This document shows positions 26,147-38,800 of a DNA stretch of 64,000 nt, one piece after another. Where the stretch lies: positions 15,686,576 to 15,750,575 of the forward strand of contig OZ316896.1 of NCBI GenBank assembly GCA_973895155.1. Direction: 5' to 3'. The DNA comes from Marsupella aquatica (taxonomy: Eukaryota > Plantae > Marchantiophyta). Under the pieces are notes generated by a model. It saw only the letters and a program-made list of their open reading frames with translations. It was not told the DNA's origin and ran no database searches. Position 1 is the first letter of the stretch. Every line of letters starts with the position of its first letter. Both the position numbers and the translations under genes were made by a program.

Positions 26147-28777
26147 ATGGGCGAATTGGAGCAGGTGATTTTGGCGTTGGATTGGACGCCCAACACAAAC
26201 CATGTGGGATTCTACGTTGCCAAGGCTCTTGGGTACTACTCGGACGTTGGGATCGCGGTTCAGCTGCTGAGCCCTCACCTGGATGCGTATGAGACAACTC
26301 CTGCATCCAGAGTGTCCTCCAAATCCGCCAGTAAGTCTTCCTATCTCATCTGGACTTTCCTGATGCTTGCTTGAGTTGAGGGTCTGGGTTTGATTCCCGT
26401 CTGGAATTTGACTGAGAAACAATAGACATGATATTTGCTTTGCTTCCGCTTGGACCCCGGCTTGGACACGCTTAATTGGGTTCCCTGGAGAACGAATCCT
26501 ATCAACTTTCATTTCTGCGAACGCATTAAACTGAAAGACCAGTTCAGCTGCCCATGATTCAGAATTTTAGTTTCCTAATCTACTGGATTGGAGGTGGGTT
26601 TGATTGGAGGTGGGTTTGACATCGTTTGGACCAAACCTCCATTGCCAATACTAACGAGATCTTGAGTCTGGTTGATGCTCAACAGCCTTTGCACTCGCTC
26701 CACCAGAGACCGTGATCAGCTACCACCTGCCGCCTCCGAGACCCAAGCTCGTTGGTGTGGCTACCGTACTACAAGAGGATTTGAGTGCAATTGGTATGTA
26801 CACAGAAATTCTGTTCAGTCTCTTTCGTGCTTCTCAACTGCACATAGTGTAGTGGCTGTTCACCCATCATCTCCCTACCGTAGCTAGGAGAACCTTTTTC
26901 TTAGTGATCATTTCTCTATCCGTGTGAAATGATCACTTAGATCATTTTACACGGATCTAAGTGATCAACCTTTCAGAGTCAATGAGTAAAGCAAGACAAA
27001 GTAGACTCTGCACGGGACTGCTAGCAAGATGCATCTGCTCCTCATAACATTAACGTTTTAAGGTAAGTGAATCGTAGCGTTTACACGGTAAAAAAAGGTT
27101 TCAATTGGTGACAGTCATTTTGGCCATTGTCACATGTTAAGCAGGACTGAACGGTTTTGAATCATGTCAAGTTTGATGACGGGGTAGTTGTTTCTTGCAG
27201 TAACACTGAACAGCAGTGGTATCTCAAAACCGAAGCAGCTGGACGGAAAGGCTTATGCATCATATGGAGCGCGTTTTGAGGGGCGCATCGTTCAGAGGTT
27301 GATTCAGGCCGATGGAGGAAAGGGTGAATTCGTGGAGACAGTTCCTGAAAAGCTTGGAATCTGGCACACTCTTGTCTCCGGAAATGCGGATGCCACCTGG
27401 ATTTTCAAAGGGTGGGAAGGGGTTGAGGCTGCTCTGAAGGGGATAGAACTCAACGAATTCACTCTTGGCGATTATGGGTAAGTAAGTTAGGTATTCGATT
27501 CAGTTGTTCAGTTGCATTTTGGCATACCGCTCGCGTTTGGGGTAGAAGGTAAAGATTTTATGAATCTCGTTTGAGGAATTTGTCCTGCTTTTGGTCTGCC
27601 CAGCTAATCTCATGGAGCTTGTGCCCGCAGGATTCCTTATTTACCGGCGCCTGTCCTTCTGGCTCATCCCGACACACTCGGGTAAATATTTCTGCACGCC
27701 TCTTGATATCTCTTACACAAGGGCTCTCTCGAAAACTTTTAGTGCTTCTCGGTTCACAAATACGCTCACTTACATCGATAATATTCGCAAAGTCAGTATT
27801 ACCTACGGATGGTAAAAGATGACAAAACAAGAGCCAGGTAGTTTTCAATTCTGCCAGACCAAATATTCGTTAGTTGGAAATTTGATCACAAACGTTCGTT
27901 CAGATATTCAGCTGGGTTTTCTGTCAGAGATTTTATGTTCTCAAGGGGCTCCAAATATTAAAGTCGTTGCTCAGTAATTATCGTTTTGTCTCTGTTGTGA
28001 ATGCTCTACCTTTGATACAGAAATAAGGCAAGTTTAATCCGGAAATTCTTAAAAGCTTCTGCGAAGGGGTTTGCTTTTGCAGCTCGGAATCCGCCGGAAG
28101 CAGCACCCCTTTTCACTGTAAGTATCAAATTACTTCCTCGATCTGACCCTTGTCTAAAAATACTGAAGGTTTTCTAGATGCCCCCTAGACCTGAACCGTC
28201 GCTGGGTCATGTAGCCTTTCCACACGTACAAAATATGCTGCAGTACCTTCATTTTTTGTTGAAAGTCTACCTCGAGTTTCTGTGCCTTTAGCAAAAACCA
28301 GATCAGTAATAACTGCTGTGCCTGTCTTCTGTTCCAAGCCATCAGTAATGTCCTGTTAGCGGCCATTCGATTTTAGATTCAAATCCAACCAGCAATCCTT
28401 CATATTATTTGTAGTTATTTAACGGGAATTCGTTCGCTGTTTTTGTGCAGGAGATTGCTACAAAAGAGAATCCAGCACTACCGACCCCACTGGATACTGC
28501 ACTGGTTTTGAAGTCCTTACAGTTTTTGTCCCCACACTTTCTCGATGGCAAAGGTAGCTGGGGTACATCATCACCAGAAAGGTGGGAGAAGTACATTGAG
28601 TGGCTTTCAAGAGAAAGTCTCCTGTCATCTTTTATACAGTCCCGAGACCCAGAGCCTGGAGTTAGCGTCTCACTAGATGAACTTCGACAAGGAAACGTTG
28701 GTGAGGTCTTCACATCTTCCAAGTTAGAAGTTGGAGAACTCATCACGAATTCTTACCTCTCAGCCAGAGTAGCGTGA
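26147..28777 (+). CDS. NMT1/THI5-family (ThiY/SsuA-like periplasmic-binding-fold) protein, bacterial type; ~347 aa
   Basis: Exons 26147-26330, 26686-26793, 27201-27477, 27631-27681, 28021-28117, 28451-28777 (1044 nt, all GT-AG, in frame). Family motifs LALDWTPNTNHVGFYVAKALGYY, VLQEDLSAI, PKQLDGKAYASYGARFE, ADATWIFKGWEGVEA, PVLLAHPD and RKFLKASAKGFAFAARNP. Confidence 0.9.
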
Positions 28778-30619
28778 GCCCAATAGCGTGAGCCCAATAG
28801 TTGCCATACCATCATCAATTTCAGTTTGTGGTAGTTCACCATCCGTTGAGGATGTCCAGACTTAAGACTCGTTATGCATGTACAGAAAGTGTAATACTCG
28901 CAATATCAAAACTACCAAGAAAGACACGCAGCTTGACCAAATGTCGAGTTTGGGACGGTGCTAAGAATGGAAAGAACATCCTTCATATACGGGGAAACCT
29001 TAACTATTGATGCATACGCTGCAACCCAAACTCTCTGACCACATCCCGGAAGTGTGGCGTCTTACAGTCCAAGCGCCAGAGGCTGAGTGAAAAATCTGTG
29101 CACGTAGAGGACGACTGAGGTCGGCCAATCTCTGAGACAAGTATAATCTGGAAAATAATACTCTCATGACAAAGGACATGCTTGGGAGACTCCGTTCGGG
29201 TGGTTGTTTCCAATGTCTAGTTAATGTAATTGGAGACGTAAACCTGGTATTCCCAGACAACGCAAGTGATTGGCAGGATGTTCCAATATCTTCTGGTCTG
29301 CATGCTGATGTCCGACACGAAAGAGATCCACCAGCCATACAACAACTCCAGTCCACAGCTTCACCTGGAAGGCAAGAGAGTGTTGGAAGTTTGTGCCAAT
29401 CTTGGAAACACAATCCTGGCCTATCATCTCTTTATTTAATGGTAACGATTAGTGGAGAAAATGATTTCCAGGATGCTGTTGACTCATCTACTTCGTTCGG
29501 GAATGAGTGTTCCAGAAATTGAGATGCACCAAATTTTGACTGCGACGTAGCGTGAAGAAGAAATTACGACGTAGCGTTGCAGTAATCATCTCCGTAAGGT
29601 CGTTGCAGCCTCGAAATGCACCTCCGCATTAGAAACGTCCTTAAGACAATTAGGAGACGTTGGCTCACGCCATAACGAAAGAGGATGACAATTTCACAAA
29701 GGGACAACACAAACAAAAATCGTCCATTCACAATACATCAAGAATGGAAGACCACAGGTGACGGCGAAAAAGCCCGGCCTATCAAGAAGGTACAGTAGTT
29801 GTTAGTGCTTAGAACGCTGGAGTGTGACACTTAAACCTTGAACCAGGGGATCAAAACGCAACCATTGACCACTTAAGACCCTCTACACAAAAACTGGACT
29901 TCACCTCAGTTGATACAACGTACACCTAAAAAAACTCGATACCAACTACCTCACTTACAAACCTACAAGGCTCGACTCTTCAGACACAAGAAGTGGTGCC
30001 AGAAACTTCAAGATAGTGGAAGATGCCAGTAATTTGCCCAACGCCCGAGACGTAACAAGCACTGAGATATAGTCTCCACACTCCCGCCTCTGCAGTAAAC
30101 CTTCTTCTCAGTGAAGAGAGATCAGCGCATGTATGACCGTGAAGTATCCAACCAGACACTTCATCCTGTTGCTCGCTTCTCACCAATCGACAATGCCGAG
30201 ACTGGGCTTTGCTACAGGATTCCGTTAACACATGGGATTTACGTCACAACACAAGCAGAACATGACATAGGACCAGAATTCACAGAGCAAGCAGCAGTGA
30301 ATCTTCCGAGAGAAAGATTTGTCCTACTCAGGAACATCTACCAACAATTGGATCATCACTGAAGTAGTCAAGATACAAGCAGAATGATAGTATATCCAGT
30401 TGACGGTAATTTGAACAGGAATATCAAACGGCGGATCGAAAGCTCTTTTTTCACCACAAAATTCCAGTGAAACAGAAAACGTACCAGTAAAAAACCCTAC
30501 AACATTACATCACAACCAAAAGAACACATGGAACGGCAACATTGAGCTCTCGGTGTGTTTAAAACTCTGTTTATTCAAGTTGTCAAAAATGAGGCAGAAA
30601 TCTACGCTAGCCCTAAATA

Positions 30620-31955
30620 CTAGATGGCTGCAAACGACTTCTTGTTTCCTCCATCGGAAGCACCCGCGGGGATCACCTTTAAAACGTTGAATCTCACAGT
30701 TTTAGAAATAGGCCTGCAGAACAAAACAGCACGGAGCTATCAGATCCTCGAGGGAACATGCAGCGGTCAGTCAGACCAAATTCAGAACCGTTTTGATCAA
30801 TGTCGTGTGCAAATTTGCTAAAAATCTGTCCCGTCAATGATAACAATACCTGCACTGGCCGATGATCACTCGGTCTCCTTCCTTCACTCGGAAAGCAGGT
30901 GACACATGTGCAGACAAGTTCGAATGCCGCTTCTCATACCTGTCAATAGGGCATACCCGACCATCAGAATTACCTACGACAACTTAAGGACGACACTCAC
31001 AGGGACCTCGATATGACTCAATCGACAATGCTGGGTCACGTACCTCTGATACTTCGGAACGAAGTGGAGATAGTCTCGTCGAACGACAATAGTTCGTGTC
31101 ATCTTCGTGCAAAAAACAGTGCCCATGAGGATTCTTCCCCTGATCGACACGTTTCCCGTGAAAGGGCATTTCTTGTCAATGTAGGTTCCTGGGCACGACC
31201 AAAATTCGGATCACAAAAATCACGACAGTCACGACAGTCAGATACGATGCGACCAACCTAATCCTTGACATCACTGCAGCAACGACACTAGCACTGAGAT
31301 AGAAGAAGAAGGAAAAAAACCAGACGAACACCTGCGACAAAGAGATCAACAATACCTTCAATAGCTTCTCGAGGCGTCTTGAAGCCCAACCCAACATTCT
31401 TCCAGAAACGAGTGCCAGCTTTTCCTGGAGCCTTCCCCTTGGTTGATACTTTGGTGCTGGATAATTACCATACGACTCCAAACGTTAGGACAATGCAAAC
31501 TCCGCAGCTAAACTAGGGCAAGATGACTGTGTACCCTGTACCACTTAGTCCATTCTTTTGGGTTGACACAATCGGATCAAACTGGAAAAAGCAAACTTCA
31601 TTGAGTCGATTTGTCACACAAAACAGTTTCCGTTCTTTCCAACTAGCTGGAGGAGCCGGTACAATCTGCTTTCGAGGCCATTCCAGGCAAAGCAAATGTT
31701 GGTCAAGACATTGGACTTGCCAGTAAACGATACTGGCCTGTGGCCCCAAACAAAAATGTCTATCCAACTATTCGACCTTCCCAACTGATTTACCTGTACC
31801 CCTGGACCCGATTATCGGGCAAAAACTTCGACAATCACCGACGCATTTGTTGGACTCAAAAGACCACAACAAACGAGATAGGTCGACCGAGGATCATCAT
31901 ACCTCAGAAACACATTGGGCTGCTTCAGAAACGACCGCTCCGTCTGCTCCGCCAT
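30620..31955 (-). CDS. RPS11: 40S ribosomal protein S11 (uS17), 160 aa
   Basis: Exons 31955-31903, 31456-31356, 31188-31044, 30939-30850, 30713-30620 (483 nt) give [87 protein letters not shown]. Confidence 0.98.
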
Positions 31956-32299
31956 ATCGGCTGATCCGTTGCAGACTCTCCGGCGGCGACAGCAGAAACA
32001 GAATTCGAGCAGAAGCAGCGACTGCGAAGCACTTTGAGTCAGGGGCGAAGGCAAATAGGAATCGGTAGGAGCTTCTGATCACCCTAAATTTCCCATCAAA
32101 TCAGACTCAATCCTGGCGAAGACGATACACACCTTCCTCAAAGCCGGAGCCGAACACAACCTAGAGGGCAGGGAAATGTTGCACCAGAGCAAATCGAGTC
32201 AGCGATGGCGATGAGCGAGGTTCTCACCTGAGAGGTCGCGAGCGGCAGCAAGGCGAGAGATTCCGCGATCGAAACAAAAAGACTGGAATCAGAGCCACC

Positions 32300-32308
32300 A
32301 AACCCTAA
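32300..32308. promoter_or_regulatory. Telo-box (AAACCCTAA) near the probable RPS11 transcription start
   Basis: Exact AAACCCTAA just beyond a probable 5'-UTR intron donor (~32228, - strand), with a second TTAGGGTT at ~32366. Telo-boxes are established elements of plant ribosomal-protein promoters. Confidence 0.65.
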
Positions 32309-32397
32309 ATGGTCCGAAGTGGTGTCCAGCTAACCCGGGTTAGCGTCGACTCACTGTTGCCAGAGTTAGGGTTAGAGTTCAATGATCCGACGGCCAC

Positions 32398-32822
32398 TAG
32401 TCAAGATCCAGTAACCGGACGTCTTTCGGTTTTCCGATAACTGTTTGGTGCTGGTTATGTAGAGGTACCATAACATAACATATGCTACTCCCATTAATTT
32501 TTATCTTATGTTTTAGAACCAATTTTAGGGAATTGTAAGCTTGGTTGGACAGCCAGTAGTCGAGATCCAGTAACCGGACGTCTTTCGGTTTTCCGATAAC
32601 TGTTTGGTGCCGGTTATGTAGAGGTACCATAACATAACATAACATCTGCTACTCCCATTATTTTTATCTTATGTTTTAGAAACAGTTTTAGGGAAGTGTA
32701 AGCTTGGATGGACACAAATGTTTGACTTGATGACAAGGGGATGAGTGCATTTCCTAGGAGACTGGAGATGCAGCCACACCTACCCCAGTAGTCAAGATCC
32801 AGTAACCGGATGTCTTTCGTGA
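32398..32822. repeat. ~159-bp duplication plus a partial third copy upstream of RPS11
   Basis: tagtc(a/g)agatccagtaaccgga.gtctttcg occurs at 32398, 32557 and 32788. Confidence 0.85.
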
Positions 32823-33908
32823 TATCAGTCTGTTTTGTGCTAATTATGTACAGACAACATAACGTAACATACATCATAAAAATGACCCCAAGCAATAATG
32901 TTCACCCAAATATTGGATATACAATCATAATGACAGTAAAGATACATACATCTCATGTGAAGTGGATCTCAATATCCAAAACAATTGTGAATATATATAT
33001 ATACTCAAGTTTGGATATCAAATGGATATGCAAACCACTTTTGTGATGTATTCTACTCCTGTAATGTATCTTATGTTTTTGGAACCAGTTTTAGTAATGT
33101 GTAAGTTTGGATGGACACAAATGTTTGACTTGATCCACAAGGGGGTTCATGAATGTTTTTCCTAGGGGACTTACCTGTAGGCTTAAGTGAGCAGGTTTTG
33201 GCCAGCCAACCAGAGCTAAAAAGCAAAGGAAGGCAACCCAAGCTAAAAAGCAAAGGAAGGCAAGGAAACCTGGCAACCCCACATTCCAAGCCAGAGATAC
33301 TTGCAATCTGGGCCAAACTGACGAGAGGGTCCTCGCAAGAGTCACCTCACCAGCCAGCTGCTACTGTGTGGCAAGCTCTAAAGGAGCAGCGGAGCAAACT
33401 GGTGACTAGGATTCCACCAACAAGACAATTTGGTGATTTTCTCTTTAGTTTGCAACCAAAAAAAATGTCTAATCACCAAGGCAAATTGAGTGGTGGCTTT
33501 TAATTGTGTCTATCTCAGCTTCCACTCAATTGTAGGACTTTATAAGGTCATTTTTCAATCCCTTGCTTGCTGATATTTACTGAGTTCCACACACTGTCAA
33601 TAAATTTAACAAGTAATCATTTAGTTTAGAAGTAGCCAGGGCAGTTATTGCACCCAAAACCAAGATTCATCTTTCAATCTTTAATTGCCAGATTAGTCCA
33701 AAAAACCAAGGCTGTTGATTTTGGGACCTCTAGATAAATTTCTCTTTGTGACCCTTCTACGAGGTTTACTTCCAAGCTTTACAAGGCCTCAGTTTATTGC
33801 TCAACAGGGCTTTAGTTCCTTTGATGTTCTTAGTGACTCGTGGGCATTTTTTACTCTTTGGTCTACATGAGGTTTTTCCCTTGTATTCTCTCATTTTCGC
33901 CCCCCCAG

Positions 33909-34251
33909 TGTTGAGCATAGACGACACTTGTAACGGTAAGCACATGACACATCCAACACGCAAGTAGTCGACACAAGAGATACGTGGTTCATCTCCTCGA
34001 GGCTACGTCCACGGGAACACACAAGAGAGCTTTATTGAACTCTAAGCCCGTCGGCCTTACCAAGTCTCTACAGTGTAAGCTCTCCTCATCTCTCAAGTGG
34101 CTCCGTAACAATGAGCCTAAGTTTCACTTATCCAAGCAAACACCGCTTGGCATATAGTGTGAATCCTAGTTAACCTAACCATGTCTCCGACTATGGTTAG
34201 CCTAACTACGGTTACATGTCGTAACCCTAAACCATGAGTAAATACCTAACA
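33909..34251. mobile_element. Solo LTR (343 bp) with 5-bp target-site duplication
   Basis: Begins TGTTG, ends TAACA, and is flanked on both sides by CCCAG (33904-33908 and 34252-34256). Confidence 0.88.
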
Positions 34252-34680
34252 CCCAGCACCTTCTATCCAGCATTAGATTACAAATTAACTCAATTGGATT
34301 CTGATATAATTAAAATACTATTTTCATAAGACACATTTTGGGAATCTCATCGTAACTAAAGGTTTAGATGGAGACTCACGACTCCTTAAGCAATGTGCCG
34401 AATCTTTAATACTGAAACTCGTCTGTGTCTAACACAAGAAAATGAATCTCTCATAGACCACAATGGTTGACAAGATGCTTGAATAGGTAGTTGCAACCGG
34501 GGTTGCAACTTACATGGACCCACTGAAGCATTACTTTGATTCAAACAGCATCTTTCATTTGTATAAATGCTTATACTTTGGGTGTCACAAAATGCTTGGT
34601 CTATTTGGGCAGTCAAACTTTGTGTCCATCTAGCATCCCAGTATTATGGGGGGACTAAAATGAATATATTCGGCTCTGTT

Positions 34681-35090
34681 TAAGCGCACACTCCAGGTTA
34701 CCTGGTTAAGCACAGGGCATCCTGTTTTACCCTTTCATTTTACACGGAACAAGCACTTTTTAAGCATACTTTCTAAGTGCACACAGCTACTTTCTAAGTG
34801 CACACAACCCTGGAATCATTTCGCCCCTAAACGACAGTGTTATATGAGGTTACCCTTGATAAGCGCCTATATGCTCATATCAGTAAAAGCACAATCCCAT
34901 AAAATTGCACACTGATAAATGCATGCCCATAGAGTTAAAGATGCACTTAGGGAGTTTGGGCACACAACTTAGGGAAGAGATACGAGGTAGGAGGCTGCTC
35001 ACTGACGGAGGAGCCCGTTACACATATAAGAAAGGGTTGTACAGCATGTACACTTATCAATAAGTGCACTTTTTAGGGGGTGTGCGCTTA
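34681..35090. mobile_element. Possible MITE-like foldback remnant
   Basis: taagcgcacactcc at 34681 pairs with ggggtgtgcgctta ending at 35090; internal repeats of taagtgcac. Confidence 0.4.
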
Positions 35091-35818
35091 TTAGCAAGGA
35101 ATGCAACACCTGGTTTAGTGTATGCTTGGGTTCCACTACAAGTGACACACGTGTCCCAGCATATGCCTTTGGAATCACCACAAGCCCAACTCGAAGCCCA
35201 ACTCTTGAAGTGGGGGAAATCTGTTTCTGTTGCAAAAGCCTCAAGAATTCTCAATGTCTGCAACACTGGCTGTAGAAATTCTGAATGTCCAGCCCACGTC
35301 ATCAGTTTCATTCTTCAACCGATGGGTCCTCGGTACTTCACCGATCTGAACTAAACGAGAGAGCGAGTGGACTTATTTGTCATGTTTCCTACTGTTTCAG
35401 GAAGATCTCCAATCTATACACCATGAGAGCATAAGTAAAGATATGTCCTGGACCACTGCCGTCGGTACATCCATTGATTTCATTTTATTTGGAATTTGGG
35501 GAATTATCACTCTCCCAAGCAGATTACATTGCTTGGAGAATAGGGGGCCCATAACGTTGTGGCAGATGTCTGCGCGACTGAGGCACAGGTTGTTGTTCAA
35601 TCGGAAGAGTTAGTTGATGCTCTTGCTTGGTTGGGTGGCCTTCCTCGGGACAGTTCTGTACTTCACCGAGTGATTTTTTCCGAATTGGACTAGTGATTGT
35701 TGTAGAATTGGACTAGTGATTGTTTTAGAATTTGACTTAGGTAGAATCCGTTCGTACAACTTCACAAATTTAGAGGTCCGTCTAGAGGAATAGAAAGAGA
35801 TTGTGGAGGGGGAGAAAG

Positions 35819-38800
35819 ATGGGTGGAGCACAGTCTAGCAGCAGCAGCAATCTCTCTGCGGCAGAGGAAGAAGACCGGAAAGAACTGGAGAATAAGCTTC
35901 GGGGCACTGGAGACCTGGCCATCCTTGAACGAGCTTTCTCGAATCTCTCGACATCGTCGTCTAACTCTTCGTCCTCGAATAAGCACCCAGCTATTCGTTC
36001 AGACTCTCTACAAGTAAGCAAGACTCTCCTAAGGTTAGAAATATTTATATTCAGTCTGTCGTCCTGTCCATCACGACGTGGTCAACAAAATGAATCATAC
36101 CAAGATGTTCAAAAGCCGCTAATCTAAATTAGATTTAGTTGAGGACACTTCATTACTTGGTGTTGGTATTAACTAAAGAAGTGAATTGCATTATTCTGCC
36201 CTGTTTGATGGAATGTTATTACAAGACTCCTCACTTTTCTCCCTTTGACTATCGCTTGTGGCGATGTGGAATTGAGTTTTATATGCTTTCGAGGCAGTGA
36301 AGAGATTAGAGAACGTTCGAGGGCTACTTTGCAATCAAATTCATTTGTGGAGTACGTCCACCGCGGATGATAATTATATCCATTTCTTTTGGTGCAATGA
36401 GGTCTCATGGAACATAAGGATGATGACGACGTCTGCTATTTCCGGATAACGTGCTAGAGGCCATATTGATCGGAAATACCTGGATTATGCTGAAAAAACC
36501 CACCCTCACCTTACACGAACATTAGTTGAGCAAGTTAGACGAGGGAATACGGATCGTCTTACTCAGCTGATTTGCTTTGGCGCCAGTACAAAAAGCACCG
36601 ACAAGAGGAGATGTTTTCTTACTCAACAATGCAAACAAGTTATCCATGTCTTCTACAAAATCCAAACTATTGAGCCTCAAAATTCTGAACCTAGAATCTA
36701 CTTTCTGACACTCCCTGCTAAATGTTACTAACCTGCGTCATGGACGTGATTTTGCAGGCGGTGTTTGCGTTGGCTCCTATTTATATAGATGACTCAACAT
36801 CTGCGGAACTAGCCCAGGTCACATCTCATATAGGGCCAGCTATAGTAAAGGAAATCTTTGATACGGAGAACAAGCAAGAGATTAGCTGGGTCCAGCTACT
36901 GCAAGGGTTTCAAAAATGCAGTCAGACTACAGGAGGAAACGGCTTGAAACTGCTCTTTTCTGTTTTCTCACAAGCGACACAAATTACAAAGGGGCCCTCC
37001 CAGCCAAACCTTCTTGAGAAGGCCCCAGTGGGTTCAGGATCATATTTTGACAGCGTAGGTTATCTTACAGAAGCTCAGTTGAGGGACTTTTTCTGGCTCT
37101 GCTGGTTATTGATGTGTTCTAGCAGGCTTCCAAGGACGACCGGTACTTCAAAACTGCAGGCCTTTCTGCCAAAGGTTGATTCGTTACTTTCGGGGGCTGT
37201 AAGTGCTTGTGACATTAGCAAATCCAAAGATATATCCTCTGAGCAAAGTGGCTTACAAAAGGAGCTGCCTGTAATGGAGATTCAGCCATGGGCGCTTTCA
37301 ACAACTCCTAGTCTCGGTGGCTGTTTGCTACAATACATTCGAGCAAAGTTGGACAGAGTAACCACAACCATCCAGGTAGTACTTTGATATTCTCATTAAA
37401 TTTTTGCAAAGAATCAGATTAAATTAAGCTTCGGATGTGACATGAGGAGGTTTTCTAAAAGGCGACACAGATTAATCACTGTTTCTGTCATATCTTTGAC
37501 CAGCAAGTGTTCAGACTTTGCAAATCACTTTCCTTTGGTGCTGATTTTTTATGTTTAGGTCAGGTTCAATAGCCTCTGCATTGCACTAAGCTATAACTGA
37601 TTTTTTATGTTTAGGTCAGGTTCAATAGCCTCTGCATTGCACTAAGCTATAACTGCTCGCAGTCCAGTAGAATGACGTTACCCCGAGTCTTTGGAACCGC
37701 TTGCACCTAGTTTTCAGTCGTCCTTCTTCCTCAGCATAATGGTGTGGAGTTTACTTACCTGCTTCTTAAGTTCCTTGCAAGAAAGTGGTGTGGATCATGG
37801 TGATCTTTAATGATGTGGGCGATTTGGTGTTGATTGTGAAGGACTCTGTTGAGGGTGAAGATAGTGAACCTACTGCCACAGAAAATTCTGCTCTAGACGA
37901 TCCTGACGAGAGTAAAGGGAAAGTAGATAGCGAAGATATGCCAGACAAACATGCCCTGCTTCTACAATCAGGTGTGGCATGGGCCATCGGACTTACACTC
38001 CGGGATACGGCAGCAGAAATACTGTTCAAGGCTTCATGTGGCTTGACAAGTAGCCCAGAAAGTGATTATCCGAACCTTTTGTACAGGTTCGCCCCTAACT
38101 TTTGCAAGCAAGGAAGTCCTGACAGTCTTAATATATTTGTTTCTGAATTTAATTGAAACTGGACCAAGTGTAATCGCAGTCTCAGTTTTGGCTGTAATCA
38201 TAACACGTATCTATGCGGACTTGCTTTTCACAACAAGCTTTGTTTCCTTGACGCAAACAGGTCTTCAGTCCACGGTAGGGGGATGAACAGGTTCTGGACA
38301 TGCGTGCAAGGGTATGCAGGGCTTACTTTATTTCTCATTTCCGCCCACATTACTGACGACGCTTCAACCGGGACCACACACGGACAAGTGTTTATGCTAG
38401 GAGCTCTCATCCCTGATGGATTGCACAACAAGGAATCGTTCTATGGTGCTTCTGGCTCTTGTCTGTTTTCCTTGGATCCAGTGTTTCTCCCATTGCACTC
38501 TACAGGTATTGTCATCAATCCAAGTTTGGCGAGGAAAACTGTGGCCGGACAACACTTTAAATCAAAGCCTTGACGTGAATTGCTGTGGTCTATTAGTTGG
38601 CTATTTTCTTCGGAATAATGATACTCTTCTTGGCGGAACCTCTCTCGTTTTCCACCTTACAGAGAAACTCGCCAAAACCTTCAGGACAATTTTTGGCTCT
38701 GTTAATCTGCCACGTCTCGTTCAGATTCCCTTGAATTTAAAATATAGTCTCGTTTGTATCCATTTCTTACTTTCCCGCTCTAAGGTTTAGAGCTTGAGGA

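Noticed and set aside
26331-26685. TPP riboswitch in intron 1 of the THI5-like gene
   Set aside because: CTGAGA is present, but the downstream ACCTGAT..TAAT..GCG.AGGGA elements of the aptamer are missing.
29000-30362. Additional gene or snoRNA between the THI5-like gene and RPS11
   Set aside because: Short ORFs without recognisable motifs or a consistent splice chain; a lone box C-like string lacks a convincing terminal stem.
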